DNA of 64,000 nucleotides, taken from NCBI GenBank assembly GCA_963843145.1, contig CAWJJC010000022.1, forward strand, positions 256,001 through 320,000, written 5' to 3'. The notes under the pieces are model-generated. The model saw only the letters and a list, made by a program, of their open reading frames with translations, had not been told where the DNA came from and ran no database searches. The position numbers and the translations under genes are program-made. Of the stretch, positions 38,880 to 48,512 are shown in pieces. The DNA comes from an uncultured delta proteobacterium (GTDB lineage: Bacteria; Desulfobacterota; RBG-13-43-22). How positions within the stretch are numbered: position 1 is the first letter of the stretch; every line of letters begins with the position of its first letter.

Positions 38880-39732
38880 CGTCCCCCCTTCGCTCCGGTG
38901 GCACCAGCGTGGTAATATTCCGGAGGAGTTCCCGGAAGTCGGGTTTCATTTCAGGTTTCACCTCCAGGAGGGATTGGCCCCGGGCATAGCCTTCGGCGAT
39001 CCGACGATCAAAAGGGATTTTCAAAAGCAGCGGGATCCCCTCCTTCTTCAGGTAGCGCTCTACCTGATCATCGCCCATATCCGCCCGATTTAAAACCACC
39101 CCGCAGGGAATCTGCAGGATCTTCAAGGCTTCCACGGCCAGTCGGAGATCGTAAAGGCCGAAGGGGGTGGGCTCGGTCACCAGCAGGCAAAAATCCGAAT
39201 CCTTCACCGCCTGAATGACCGGACAGGAAGTCCCCGGGGGGGCGTCAATCAGGGTCAGCCGCTGGGGGAGACCCCTTTTTTTCACTTCCCGAATCAAAGG
39301 AGGGGAGAGGGGTTCTCCGATCTTCAATTCCCCCTGAACCAGGTGTATCCCGCCGGCCTCCCCCTGGGCAATAACCCCCAGCGCTTTCTTCCCGGGGAAG
39401 AGGGCCTGGGGTTCGCAAACCCGGAAACAACCCCCACAGGCATGGCACATCTCCGGGAAGGTCAGGATCGTTTCCCCCAAAACCAGAATGGCCTTGAACT
39501 GACAGATCTGGGAACAGGCCCGGCAATGGGTGCACTTGGTTTCATCCACCTGGGGGATTTTCAGATAAAGGGTTTCCTTCGGCCCCCAGGGAATATCCAA
39601 AAACAGATGGGCGTTCGGCGCTTCCACATCACAATCGAGCAGATTTACCGGTCCATCCAGGGACTGGGCCAAGGCCACCGCCACGCTGGTCTTGCCCGTT
39701 CCTCCTTTGCCGCTGGCTACTGAAATAATCAT
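38866..39732 (-). CDS. MinD-superfamily ATPase with ferredoxin insert
   Basis: SGKGGTGKT, DCDVEAPN, CTHCRAC, CHACGGC, DAPPGTSCP, VTEPTPFG. Confidence 0.92.
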   Translation of the reverse strand: MIISVASGKGGTGKTSVAVALAQSLDGPVNLLDCDVEAPNAHLFLDIPWGPKETLYLKIPQVDETKCTHCRACSQICQFKAILVLGETILTFPEMCHACGGCFRVCEPQALFPGKKALGVIAQGEAGGIHLVQGELKIGEPLSPPLIREVKKRGLPQRLTLIDAPPGTSCPVIQAVKDSDFCLLVTEPTPFGLYDLRLAVEALKILQIPCGVVLNRADMGDDQVERYLKKEGIPLLLKIPFDRRIAEGYARGQSLLEVKPEMKPDFRELLRNITTLVPPERRGDDVLH

Positions 39733-39748
39733 GAGTTTTTAATTTTAA

Positions 39749-41002
39749 TTAATGATCACAGACATTCGCACCGGTGATCAGGGTCTGGCTAAGATAATGG
39801 CCAATCAATTCTTCGGGAGGGAGTTGCGGGGCGCCGGTGAGGACCTTGATTCCCCTTTCCGTGAAAAGCGTAATGGCCCGCTGGCCCATGCCCCCGGCAA
39901 TAATCAGATTGACCCCCTTCTCGCCCAGCCATCGGGGAAGGAGCCCCGGTTCATGGGGCGGCGGGGTGACCAGTTCCTTCTGAGTGATTTCCTGGCCTTT
40001 CAGGTCGATCAGAGCAAACTGCTCGCAATGGCCGAAATGGTTGCAAAGCATTCCCTCGGCCAAAGGAATGGCGATTTTCAGGTCGGTCAGCGTAATCGGG
40101 TTTTCAGGCATGGTGAGCTCCTTTTCTTTGGTTTCAATCGTCTTGGTTTCTTGAATCGGCCCTATAGACTGAAGGATCTTATGGACGATTCCATCCAGGG
40201 AATCCTTAAAAGGGGCTTCCGGCTGATGAGTCAGATAGGCCTGGCCCGCATCCTCCGCTTCCATTAAACGAACGTCAATGGGCAAACTTCCCAGAAAGGG
40301 CACGTTCATTTGGCGGGCCGTTTTTTCTCCGCCCCCTTTCTTGAATAAAGCAGTTTCTTGACCGCAGTGGGGGCAGGTATAGCCGCTCATATTTTCCACC
40401 AGTCCCAGGATGTTCATATTCACCTGGCGGCAGAAATTAATGGATTTCCGGACGTCGGCCAGGGAGATGTCCTGAGGCGTAGTTACAATAACGGCCAGGG
40501 CATCGGGAATCGTCTGCGCCACGGTCAAGGGCTCATCCCCGGTCCCCGGCGGGGAGTCGATCACCAGAAAATCCAGGTCTCCCCAGGCGACGTCCGAAAC
40601 AAATTGACGAATGACGCTGATCTTCAGGGGCCCCCTCCAGATAACCGCCGAATCCTTGTCGGGCATCAGGGCTTCGATGGAGATGACCTTCAAATGATCG
40701 TCGACCTTCAGGGGGTAAATGGCCTCTTCTTCCGGACGGACGAACGCCATCCCGTCGAGTCCCAGCATGCGGGCGATACTGGGCCCGTGGAGATCCACAT
40801 CCATCAGACCGACCCGAAAGCCTTTAAGCGACAAGGCGGTGGCCAGATTGACGGCCAGGCTGCTCTTCCCTACCCCGCCCTTGCCGCTCATAACCAACAA
40901 CTTATGGCCGATCCGAGAAAGGGATCGAGCGATCAGGGCGTCTTGCTTCTGGTGAGGATCATCATTTTTAATGGTTGGTATTTCCTTACCACAGTTTGAC
41001 AT
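39749..41002 (-). CDS. Mrp/ApbC Fe-S carrier ATPase fused to a NifX/ORP domain (MrpORP-like)
   Basis: SGKGGVGKS, WRGP, DSPPGTGD, ENMS, CPHC; C-terminal HFGHC...PPPHEPG...CDH. Confidence 0.92.
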   Translation of the reverse strand: MSNCGKEIPTIKNDDPHQKQDALIARSLSRIGHKLLVMSGKGGVGKSSLAVNLATALSLKGFRVGLMDVDLHGPSIARMLGLDGMAFVRPEEEAIYPLKVDDHLKVISIEALMPDKDSAVIWRGPLKISVIRQFVSDVAWGDLDFLVIDSPPGTGDEPLTVAQTIPDALAVIVTTPQDISLADVRKSINFCRQVNMNILGLVENMSGYTCPHCGQETALFKKGGGEKTARQMNVPFLGSLPIDVRLMEAEDAGQAYLTHQPEAPFKDSLDGIVHKILQSIGPIQETKTIETKEKELTMPENPITLTDLKIAIPLAEGMLCNHFGHCEQFALIDLKGQEITQKELVTPPPHEPGLLPRWLGEKGVNLIIAGGMGQRAITLFTERGIKVLTGAPQLPPEELIGHYLSQTLITGANVCDH

Positions 41003-41074
41003 TACGGCTGCTCCTTTACATCTTTATTATTTTTTGCCACACACTTTTGGGTGAGTATCCCCCAGACCTGGTAT

Positions 41075-41285
41075 GGCCGACGGGTCTCGGCGGAAGGGTT
41101 TTCCCAAGCTACTCCGGACTTCGAATCCGGGCCTAAGTTGCTAATTCTAATTGAAGCAGGCCCAAACTCAGAGACTTTTGGAGTCTTTCAGGCCGGCCGT
41201 GCCTCAAGGAAGATTTTAAAAAACGGGGGCCGGGTCAGAACCTATAAAGAATTGTGGAAAACCCTTTCGCCGAGACCCGTCGGCC
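41075..41285. mobile_element. MITE-like element with 30-bp inverted repeats
   Basis: ggccgacgggtctcggcggaagggttttcc (41075-41104) vs ggaaaaccctttcgccgagacccgtcggcc (41256-41285), one mismatch. Confidence 0.6.
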
Positions 41286-41354
41286 TCGGAGGCCCAATAT
41301 CAGGCGTAGCTGCCATATTCTGTAGCCACTTACGCAAAAGGGCGAACAACCTTA

Positions 41355-41555
41355 TTATCCTCGAGCCATCAAGGACCCGCATTTGGGACATTTCTGAGAG
41401 TTGCAAGGAACTCCCCGGGTATGGGAACTTTTTTGACCGCATTTCGGGCAGAGACAATTTCCTCCGGCTCCCTGGCCGGCTCCTCCCCCGCCTCCACTCC
41501 CAAATCCTTTACCCTGACCGGCCCCTGCCGGTCCGGTACCATCTCTTCTTGGCAT
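41355..41555 (-). CDS. Small DUF5320-like/zinc-ribbon protein
   Basis: MPRRDGTGP start; CLCPKCG..H.RGVPC...KCPKCG..M.R. Confidence 0.8.
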   Translation of the reverse strand: MPRRDGTGPAGAGQGKGFGSGGGGGAGQGAGGNCLCPKCGQKSSHTRGVPCNSQKCPKCGSLMARG

Positions 41556-41586
41556 AACCTACTCCTTTCTCTTGATGTTGGTTCTT

Positions 41587-41949
41587 TTACCAATGCCCTT
41601 CCACGTTCGGGCCCTGGGCAAAGGATAGCTTATTCTCCTTATATTGCCGGAGGGCCTCCCTGACGGTGCCTGAAAGACCCACGGCCACCGGGATCTTGGC
41701 GGCCTCCAGGACCTTAAAGGCCTTGGGCCCGCAGTTTCCCGTCAGAACCGCCTGCGCCCCGCTTTCCACCACGGTCTGAGCCGCCTGAATGCCAGCCCCC
41801 TGGGCCAGTTGCAGGTTCTGCTTATTTTCCACCACCTCCAGGGAACCACCATCCGGGTCCACCAGGAGAAAATATTTTGCCCGCCCGAATCGCGGATCCA
41901 GTTCGCTGTCCAGGGTTTGGCCCTGGGCACTTATGGCTAGTTTCATCAC
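41587..41949 (-). CDS. NifB/NifX-family Orange protein (ORP)-like
   Basis: LDPRFGRA, GAGIQAAQ, TGNCGPKAF, NVEGHW. Confidence 0.9.
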   Translation of the reverse strand: MMKLAISAQGQTLDSELDPRFGRAKYFLLVDPDGGSLEVVENKQNLQLAQGAGIQAAQTVVESGAQAVLTGNCGPKAFKVLEAAKIPVAVGLSGTVREALRQYKENKLSFAQGPNVEGHW

Positions 41950-42007
41950 TCAGTCCCTTTCTTACTCAGATATATGAATCAAATCAATTATTCCCGGAAG
42001 CGCATAC

Positions 42008-42193
42008 TTACACTTCCTGAATGGTTATGGCACCGAATTCGCAAACTTCCACACAGCTTTCACACCCTAAACATTCTTCGGCATTCACCGGGACGGCCTT
42101 GTCTTCTTTTAATTCAAAAACGCTGACCGGACAGACATCCACGCAGTTGCCGTCCCCCGTGCATTTCTCCTGGTCTACCGTAACCGTAAACAT
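42008..42193 (-). CDS. Dicluster ferredoxin
   Basis: CTGDGNCVDVCP and CLGCESCVEVC; RBS AAGGAG. Confidence 0.92.
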   Translation of the reverse strand: MFTVTVDQEKCTGDGNCVDVCPVSVFELKEDKAVPVNAEECLGCESCVEVCEFGAITIQEV

Positions 42194-42263
42194 AGCTTTT
42201 TACTCCTTTATGTTTTCCTGCACGTTCTCGTCTTGCCGGTGCGGTTTTCCTTCTCCGAGGCGC

Positions 42264-42578
42264 TTAAACCATGCCCATCGATCGAGGGAGTCCGGCCAGC
42301 TTACAGATGTCCCGGGCCTTGTCGACCTTAAAAATTTCGATCAACTGTTTTCGGCTGTAGCCCAGCTCTTTCCGAATCAGACTAAACATGGGCGCCAGGC
42401 CGTGTTTATGGTAGTAATCTCGAAGGTATTGGATTATTTTCCAGTGGGCCGGTCCTAGAGGGATGTTCATTCGCTCGGCGTACTTTTCGGTGAAATGCGC
42501 ATCCCAATTCTGAGGATTCTCGATAAAGCCCTCCTTATTCAGGGGCAAGCTTTGAGTGACCTCCGGGCTTGTTTTCAT
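42264..42578 (-). CDS. DsrC/TusE-family protein lacking the penultimate Cys
   Basis: EGFI..P..W, HWKIIQYLRDYY, CKLAGLP; ends RSMGMV. Confidence 0.85.
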   Translation of the reverse strand: MKTSPEVTQSLPLNKEGFIENPQNWDAHFTEKYAERMNIPLGPAHWKIIQYLRDYYHKHGLAPMFSLIRKELGYSRKQLIEIFKVDKARDICKLAGLPRSMGMV

Positions 42579-42628
42579 TATCCGTCCTCCTTTCACTAAT
42601 CCATTCCATCGTCTCAGTGCTTAAAGAC

Positions 42629-42644
42629 TTCAAGAAAAATGCCA
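42629..42644 (-). promoter_or_regulatory. sigma54 promoter candidate of the ORP-like operon
   Basis: TGGCATTTTTCTTGAA (perfect -24, GA instead of GC at -12). Confidence 0.6.
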
Positions 42645-42673
42645 AAGCCGGATTTAGAGACAATATTTATTTG

Positions 42674-42686
42674 AATCAACAAGTTA
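42674..42686 (+). promoter_or_regulatory. IHF binding site
   Basis: AATCAACAAGTTA matches WATCAANNNNTTR; lies between the promoter and the UAS candidates. Confidence 0.7.
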
Positions 42687-42721
42687 AAAGAAGCGAGGGA
42701 ACAGGTTTTTTAAATTAACTA

Positions 42722-42765
42722 TTGCATAATGCAACTGTATTTTTATTAAAAAAATGCATATTGCA
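42722..42765. promoter_or_regulatory. Paired palindromic UAS candidates
   Basis: TTGCATAATGCAA (42722) and ATGCATATTGCA (42754). Confidence 0.6.
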
Positions 42766-42887
42766 CTAAAAAAAGAAAGGGTTCAGGGGAGAAACAGAGG
42801 CAACTTCAGGCCGCTGCTATTTCCACTTTAGAGCGCCGGGACGAGGGAAGAGACAGGACTGCGGATAGACAGATCAGGGGATGGCGA

Positions 42888-44363
42888 TCAAGCCGAAAGC
42901 ACCGGCAGGAAGACGGAAAATATGCTGCCACTTCCGGGTTGGCTCTCCACCTTGATTTGGCCCTGGTGGGATTCCAGGATGCTTTTGACGATGGCTAGAC
43001 CCAGACCCGTGCCGTTGATGTAGCGGGTTTTTTCGTCTTTAACGCGATAGAATTGTTGAAAGATCAAATTCAAATCTTCCGGGCGGATCCCTATTCCGGT
43101 ATCCTGGATCCGGATACAAAGATAGTCATTCTTGGCAGAGGCGGTGACCGTGACCCGTCCGCCCCCCGGACTGTATTTGATGGCGTTGGTGATCAAGTTG
43201 GACATAACCTCGTCCATGTTTTGGCGATTGGCCAAGATGAGGGGCAGCGTTTCCGGGATATCAGTCTCCAGGCGGATGGATTCCGATTCCGCCCGGGGCA
43301 GGAGAAAGGCGACCTGTTCCCGGATGACGGTGGCCATATCCACCGGCTCCCGTTCCAGCGAGATCAACCCGGATTCAATGCGCGCCAGGTTGAGCAGTTC
43401 AGCAGCCAGGCTGGACAGATTATTGATTTTTTCTGAAGCCCGCATCAAAATGGAACGCTGTTTTTCCGTTACCTCCCCGGCCAATCCGTCCAGGATTACC
43501 TTAAGCTGCATCAGGACCGAGTTCATCGGGCTCTGGATTTCGTGGCTCACGGTAGAGACAAATTGAGATTTCTTGCGATCCATCAGTTTCAGGACGGTAA
43601 TGTCGTGCACCACGGTGATGACCCCCAGGTTTCGGCCGTTGGGGTCCCGAAAAGGCGCGCAGCGGATATTCAGGATAATTTCTTCCGGCCTGTTCGGACC
43701 GTTCAGCGCCATCTCTTCCGTTAATTCCGAGAATTCCGATTCGGGCATCTCCAGGGCCTGGGAGATCATTTCCAGCAGCCGGGGAATTCCGATAAATTCT
43801 TCGATGCCCCGTCCGATCATCGATTGTACCGGGCAGCCGATCATTCTTAAAAAGGCCGGATTGGCCAGGGCGACCTTATTCTGATGGTTGGTGCACATCA
43901 CCCCGTCGGAGATGTGGTTGACCATGGTGCGCAGCCGGGAGCGGGTATCCGCAATGTCCCACAGCGCTCGGGTGTAATCGATGGCTTTGGACACGGTGAC
44001 CCGGAGATGTTCCGGGGTGAAAGGCTTGGGGATGAAATCAAAAGCCCCTTTCTTCATGGCGTCCACCGAATGTTCGAGGGTGGCGTAGCCGGTGATCACA
44101 ATGACCACCGTGTCCGGGTCCAAAGATTTTACTTTAGCCAGCACCTCAAAGCCTGACATCTCCGGCATCATCAAGTCCAGCAGAATGATGTCGTAATGCT
44201 CGGCCGGGAGGTGCTCCAGGGCCTGAATTCCGCTGGAAGCCAGACTGACCTCGTAGCCGCATTCCTCCAGAACCAGTTTGCAGGCCTCTCGAATGCGGGC
44301 CTCATCGTCCACCACCAGAATCCTGGGCGTATGTTCAATTTCGACGGCTATTTCCGTTGTCAT
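42888..44363 (-). CDS. Hybrid receiver-PAS-histidine kinase
   Basis: VVDDE..LLDLMMP..KPF; PAS; VSHEIQSP; NLITNA; GTGLGL. Confidence 0.92.
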   Translation of the reverse strand: MTTEIAVEIEHTPRILVVDDEARIREACKLVLEECGYEVSLASSGIQALEHLPAEHYDIILLDLMMPEMSGFEVLAKVKSLDPDTVVIVITGYATLEHSVDAMKKGAFDFIPKPFTPEHLRVTVSKAIDYTRALWDIADTRSRLRTMVNHISDGVMCTNHQNKVALANPAFLRMIGCPVQSMIGRGIEEFIGIPRLLEMISQALEMPESEFSELTEEMALNGPNRPEEIILNIRCAPFRDPNGRNLGVITVVHDITVLKLMDRKKSQFVSTVSHEIQSPMNSVLMQLKVILDGLAGEVTEKQRSILMRASEKINNLSSLAAELLNLARIESGLISLEREPVDMATVIREQVAFLLPRAESESIRLETDIPETLPLILANRQNMDEVMSNLITNAIKYSPGGGRVTVTASAKNDYLCIRIQDTGIGIRPEDLNLIFQQFYRVKDEKTRYINGTGLGLAIVKSILESHQGQIKVESQPGSGSIFSVFLPVLSA

Positions 44364-44425
44364 ACTTCTCCTTTACTATCCGGCGATCCCGGTTCAAGCG
44401 CCCTTTTCACTCGGAACCTACGCCG

Positions 44426-45946
44426 CTAACCGATGGAATCCGGAAAAGAATCCGTGGGATCGAGGTCCAGCGGAAGCTTCACCAGGAAGGTCGTCCCCTC
44501 CGGTCCGGTCTCTTTAACGAATATTTCTCCCTGGTTCTCGTTAACGATGCCGTAGGCGGTGCTCAGCCCTAGACCGGTTCCTTTCCCCGGTTCTTTGGTG
44601 GTGAAGAACGGATCAAATATCCGGGTCAGATGGTCCGGGGAAATTCCGGGACCGGTATCCGATATCTCCAGGCAGGCCTTTTGATTCTTTTCATCCTTGT
44701 AGGTTCTCAGGGTCAGGATTCCTTTTTTATCCATGACATCTAAAGCATTCATCACCAGGTTGATAATGACCTGGCTCATTTTTTTTTGGTCCGCTTTCAC
44801 CGGCAGGCCGGTGTCGGATAAAAACTTCCGAATCGTTACATTGATAAAGAGTTTTTGATCTCGAATCAGGGGGAAGCTCTCCTCCACCAAGGTATTGAGC
44901 AGGAAGCGCTCGCGGGAACTTCCGGATTGGCGGCTGTAGGCCAAAAGGTTTTTCACGATGTCCCGGCAACGTTCCGCATCCTCCAGGATAAAGTTCAGGT
45001 TGTTTCGGAGCGGATGGTTCTCTTCCAGTTTTTCCTTCATCAGGCTGCCGTACATCAAAATACCGGTTAGGGGGTTATTGATTTCATGGGCCACCCCAGC
45101 GGCCAACTGGCCTAAAGAGGCCAGTTTTTCGGCTTGAAGCAACTGGGTTTGGGCCTCTTCCAATTTTTTCTTCACCGTGAGTCGTTCCCGCAGGTCATTA
45201 TAAATTCCCATGGTAGCCGTTTCCTGGCCGTTCTCATAAATGATGGCAGCGGTCATTTCCACCGGAATTTGTTCCTTTTGGGCCGTGATGATGCTGACGG
45301 GGGTAACCGGGAGTTTGCCTCGTCCCCCGTAATCGGCCGATCGCAGTTTTTTCATGATATCCCGGGCTGCACCTGGAGGATAAAGACAACTGACGTCAAC
45401 TTGCTCCCCCGGTTTTAAGGAATACCCGAACAGTTCCTCGGCCGCCTTGTTCATCAGCAGGATTCGGCCGTCCCGGCCAGCGGCCACAATAGCGCTGGGG
45501 GAGCTTTGAAGGACTCGGGCAAGTAATTCCCGAACGCCGTGCAAACTTTTTTCGAGAATTTTGGTTCTGGTGACATCCCGAATGGATTCAATGACATAAA
45601 TGACCTGTCCATTTTGGTCCAGGATTGGAGAAAAAACACGATCCTCCCAGTGGTTGCTGCCGTCCGGGTTTTGGATCTGTCGCAAAATGGAATGCCCTAT
45701 CCCCTCCGAGAGGGTTTGCTCCAGCGGGCACTGGGTGCAGGGGAGATCCGGGTCGCCGGCCATGGTCTGAAAAAATTCCTTACAGCTCTTGCCGACGATA
45801 TCCTTCCGGGTGAGACCAAAGGTGTCCAGCAGCTTCAGATTGGCGGCCACGATGGTGCGGTCGGGTTTCAGAATCAGAGTCGGGAAGGACAGGGAGTCAA
45901 AGACCCGCAGTCTAAAATCAATTTCTTCAGACGGATTTGAATCCAT
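44426..45946 (-). CDS. Double-PAS cytoplasmic histidine kinase
   Basis: [31 protein letters not shown]. Confidence 0.92.
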   Translation of the reverse strand: MDSNPSEEIDFRLRVFDSLSFPTLILKPDRTIVAANLKLLDTFGLTRKDIVGKSCKEFFQTMAGDPDLPCTQCPLEQTLSEGIGHSILRQIQNPDGSNHWEDRVFSPILDQNGQVIYVIESIRDVTRTKILEKSLHGVRELLARVLQSSPSAIVAAGRDGRILLMNKAAEELFGYSLKPGEQVDVSCLYPPGAARDIMKKLRSADYGGRGKLPVTPVSIITAQKEQIPVEMTAAIIYENGQETATMGIYNDLRERLTVKKKLEEAQTQLLQAEKLASLGQLAAGVAHEINNPLTGILMYGSLMKEKLEENHPLRNNLNFILEDAERCRDIVKNLLAYSRQSGSSRERFLLNTLVEESFPLIRDQKLFINVTIRKFLSDTGLPVKADQKKMSQVIINLVMNALDVMDKKGILTLRTYKDEKNQKACLEISDTGPGISPDHLTRIFDPFFTTKEPGKGTGLGLSTAYGIVNENQGEIFVKETGPEGTTFLVKLPLDLDPTDSFPDSIG

Positions 45947-45951
45947 TTCAG

Positions 45952-46467
45952 CTAAGGTTGTTTTTCGGTTTCGGGACTTAAAAAGGCCTGCCCCAGGGCC
46001 TTCCGGGCCGCGCGGGCTTTCCCCTCCGGCATAATCAGGTAAACCGATGCACCGGCGCAGGCCATGGCCAGAACCGACACGGCCTGGATGGCGAGAGCGT
46101 TCAAGGCCGCGCTGGCAATCCCATACCGGTCTCCGTAATGAGGGCCATGGAAATAAATCAATTCCACCGGACTTTCAACCTGCAGAGACATCCGGGGTTC
46201 TTCTTCCAACCATTTTTCCAGGAAGGCCTGGTAGCGGTCTACCCCCTGCGCCGAAAACAGCAGATTGAATTGCAGGGTTTTGCCGTTCAGGTTCGAACCG
46301 GCGACCATGATAAATCCGTCGCCGGCGGTGCCCCAGTCCTGCATGCGGTGTCCCCAGTCGGCCATCCGGTCAACCGGACAGGAAAATTTGAAGAGGGACA
46401 AGCCGGTCTTTTCCATAAATCCATAGGTCTTGATGACCGGTTCCCAATACACGGCGATGGTTTCCAA
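45952..46467 (-). CDS. Stand-alone ACT-like (aspartokinase regulatory-type) protein
   Basis: PVELIYFHGPHYGDRYGIASAAL..L....V.V; TTG start. Confidence 0.6.
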   Translation of the reverse strand: METIAVYWEPVIKTYGFMEKTGLSLFKFSCPVDRMADWGHRMQDWGTAGDGFIMVAGSNLNGKTLQFNLLFSAQGVDRYQAFLEKWLEEEPRMSLQVESPVELIYFHGPHYGDRYGIASAALNALAIQAVSVLAMACAGASVYLIMPEGKARAARKALGQAFLSPETEKQP

Positions 46468-46499
46468 GGTACAGTCTCCGCGGAGGATGATTCCAGGGA

Positions 46500-47027
46500 T
46501 TATATCTGCCGGATTCGAAATTCCGGGCGGAAGGGAGTATGGTGGGCCGGAAGTTCCAATACCGTCTCCAGGGCACTGAGGGCGTGGTCCAGCAGCCGGT
46601 AGTCCGTGCTGACGGTCAGCGCGGATAAGGAGGTTCCCGTCCCGTATAGCGGGAGCCCGGTTCTTCCAAAAATCGCCATAACCAATCCCAGCAATCGCAG
46701 ACTGGAATGATGTGGGAAAAAAGTCAATGTCCCTACCGGCGCTATACTTTCTACGCTGGAACTCAAGTCCGGATCCCGCTCCAGCAGCCCTTGGGCCTGG
46801 CCAAAATCTTCGGTTTCCAGGCAGCAGGAACAGACGGTATTTTGGGTCGTGCTGCTGAGGCCCACAAAGGGCAGGTTGATCCGGTTTTCAGCCAAAAGGC
46901 GAAAAAGACGGACCGCCCGAAGATTCTCTCCCGGGCGATCAAGACAATTCAACTGGACCATTTCCAGGCTCAGTTTAATGCCGCCCAATCGGATCCGGCC
47001 TCCGGCGTTTGGGAAGGGAGCCGTCAT
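46500..47027 (-). CDS. Stand-alone ACT-like protein
   Basis: LGGIK, LFRLLAENRINL, VGTLTFFPH, TSLSALT. Confidence 0.6.
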   Translation of the reverse strand: MTAPFPNAGGRIRLGGIKLSLEMVQLNCLDRPGENLRAVRLFRLLAENRINLPFVGLSSTTQNTVCSCCLETEDFGQAQGLLERDPDLSSSVESIAPVGTLTFFPHHSSLRLLGLVMAIFGRTGLPLYGTGTSLSALTVSTDYRLLDHALSALETVLELPAHHTPFRPEFRIRQI

Positions 47028-47153
47028 AAAAAAGGGTTAATCGGGACCGGATCATCGCCGGCCCGGGAAAGGTCCGGTGCCTTCAGGTTACGGGTTCCCC
47101 TTCGCCTGAAACCGCCCGGCCTCCCTGTTGCTTTTAACCGGTTAATGAACAGT

Positions 47154-47540
47154 TTACTCCAGATTGTCTTTGACGATTTCCATCAGTTTGTCCAGATCGA
47201 TCGGTTTCGGAATGTAATCGTCCGCCAAGGTGGTTTTACCGCCCATGTGGGTGTAATTGGTCGAGCTAACCGCATCGGCGACGGCGGTAAGGAGTATGAC
47301 GATAATATCCTTGGTTTCATCGGATTTTTTCAGCTCATCACACAGGGTATAGCCGTCCTTACGCGGCATCATGACATCGAGGATAACCAAGGCCGGACGT
47401 TCCGCCTTGATCTTTTCCAACGCCTCGACCCCATCGTAGGCTTTGGTTACCCGGAAGTTGTGGCTTTCCAATTTCATGGCCACCGATTCCACCAGATCCG
47501 GATCGTCGTCCACGACCATGATCAGTTTCTTGTCAGTCAT
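47154..47540 (-). CDS. Stand-alone response regulator receiver
   Basis: VVDDD, ILDVMMP, LTA, IPKP. Confidence 0.92.
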   Translation of the reverse strand: MTDKKLIMVVDDDPDLVESVAMKLESHNFRVTKAYDGVEALEKIKAERPALVILDVMMPRKDGYTLCDELKKSDETKDIIVILLTAVADAVSSTNYTHMGGKTTLADDYIPKPIDLDKLMEIVKDNLE

Positions 47541-47588
47541 CGTTCTTCTCCTTCTTGATTGTTGTTCAGGGACACGGCCGGTATTCGA

Positions 47589-48512
47589 CTAAAGCGCGGG
47601 TCGTGGCAGGAGTCCGGCTCTTTCCACGATTTCCGGGACCTTCTTTTCCCACTCGATGGCCATAATGTGGAATCCGGCTACGCCTTCCACTTCTTTCAAG
47701 CGCTGGATGCTTTCGACGCAGATCTTGATCCCTTCCTCGGCCTGCTTTTCTTTGGGCACCCCGGCCATCCGATTCACCACTTCGTCCGGTACGTCCATGC
47801 CCGGCACTTTATTCTTCATGTAACGGGCCATGCCAACGGATTTCATGGGGGTGATTCCGGCCAGAATATAGCATTTCCGGTGAAGCCCCCGGGCCCGAAC
47901 CCCGGCCATCCATTTTTCAAATTTATCCAGGTTATAGATACACTGGGTCTGGATGAAATCGACCCCGGCGGCCACTTTTTTGGCCAGTCGGGCCACCCGC
48001 AGTTCGAACGGATCCGCAAAGGGATTGGCGGCGGCCCCGATGAACATCCGGGGCGGATTCTCAATATCCGCCCCTCCCTGGAATTTGCCTTCATCCCGCA
48101 TGGTTTTCACCATCCGGATAAATTGGAGGGAATCGATATCGTGAACACTGGCGGCCATGGGATGATCCCCGAAAAAGGGATGATCGCCGGATAAACAGAG
48201 CATGGTGTTGATCCCATGCGCATAGGCCCCGAGGATGTCCGCCTGCATAGCCAGCCGGTTCCGATCTCGGGTGACCATCTGCAGCACGGGGTTCAGCCCC
48301 ATCTGTTTGAGGAAGACCGAGGCGGCAAAGCTCGACATGCGGACCATGGCCGTCTGGTTGTCCGTAACATTGACCGCGTCAACCACTCCCCTAAGCAATT
48401 CTCCCTTTTCCTTGATTTTTTCCGGGACGGCCCCCCGCGGGGGACCGCATTCGGAAGTGACCGCCAGGTTGCCCGCGGCTAAAACTTTTTCGAGTACGCT
48501 ATCGGTTTTCAT
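47589..48512 (-). CDS. metF: 5,10-methylenetetrahydrofolate reductase catalytic subunit
   Basis: SECGPP, NVTDN, RDRNR.AMQ, LSGD, KKV.AG.DFIQTQ. Confidence 0.92.
   Translation of the reverse strand: MKTDSVLEKVLAAGNLAVTSECGPPRGAVPEKIKEKGELLRGVVDAVNVTDNQTAMVRMSSFAASVFLKQMGLNPVLQMVTRDRNRLAMQADILGAYAHGINTMLCLSGDHPFFGDHPMAASVHDIDSLQFIRMVKTMRDEGKFQGGADIENPPRMFIGAAANPFADPFELRVARLAKKVAAGVDFIQTQCIYNLDKFEKWMAGVRARGLHRKCYILAGITPMKSVGMARYMKNKVPGMDVPDEVVNRMAGVPKEKQAEEGIKICVESIQRLKEVEGVAGFHIMAIEWEKKVPEIVERAGLLPRPAL

Noticed and set aside
41110-41135. ccggacttcgaatccgg resembles a tRNA(Sec)-type anticodon arm
   Set aside because: No acceptor stem, D arm or T-loop around it, and the loop reads TCG rather than TCA
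20289-41949. Nitrogen fixation cluster (NifX/NifU-like genes)
   Set aside because: No nifHDK/nifEN; the context matches the ORP cluster
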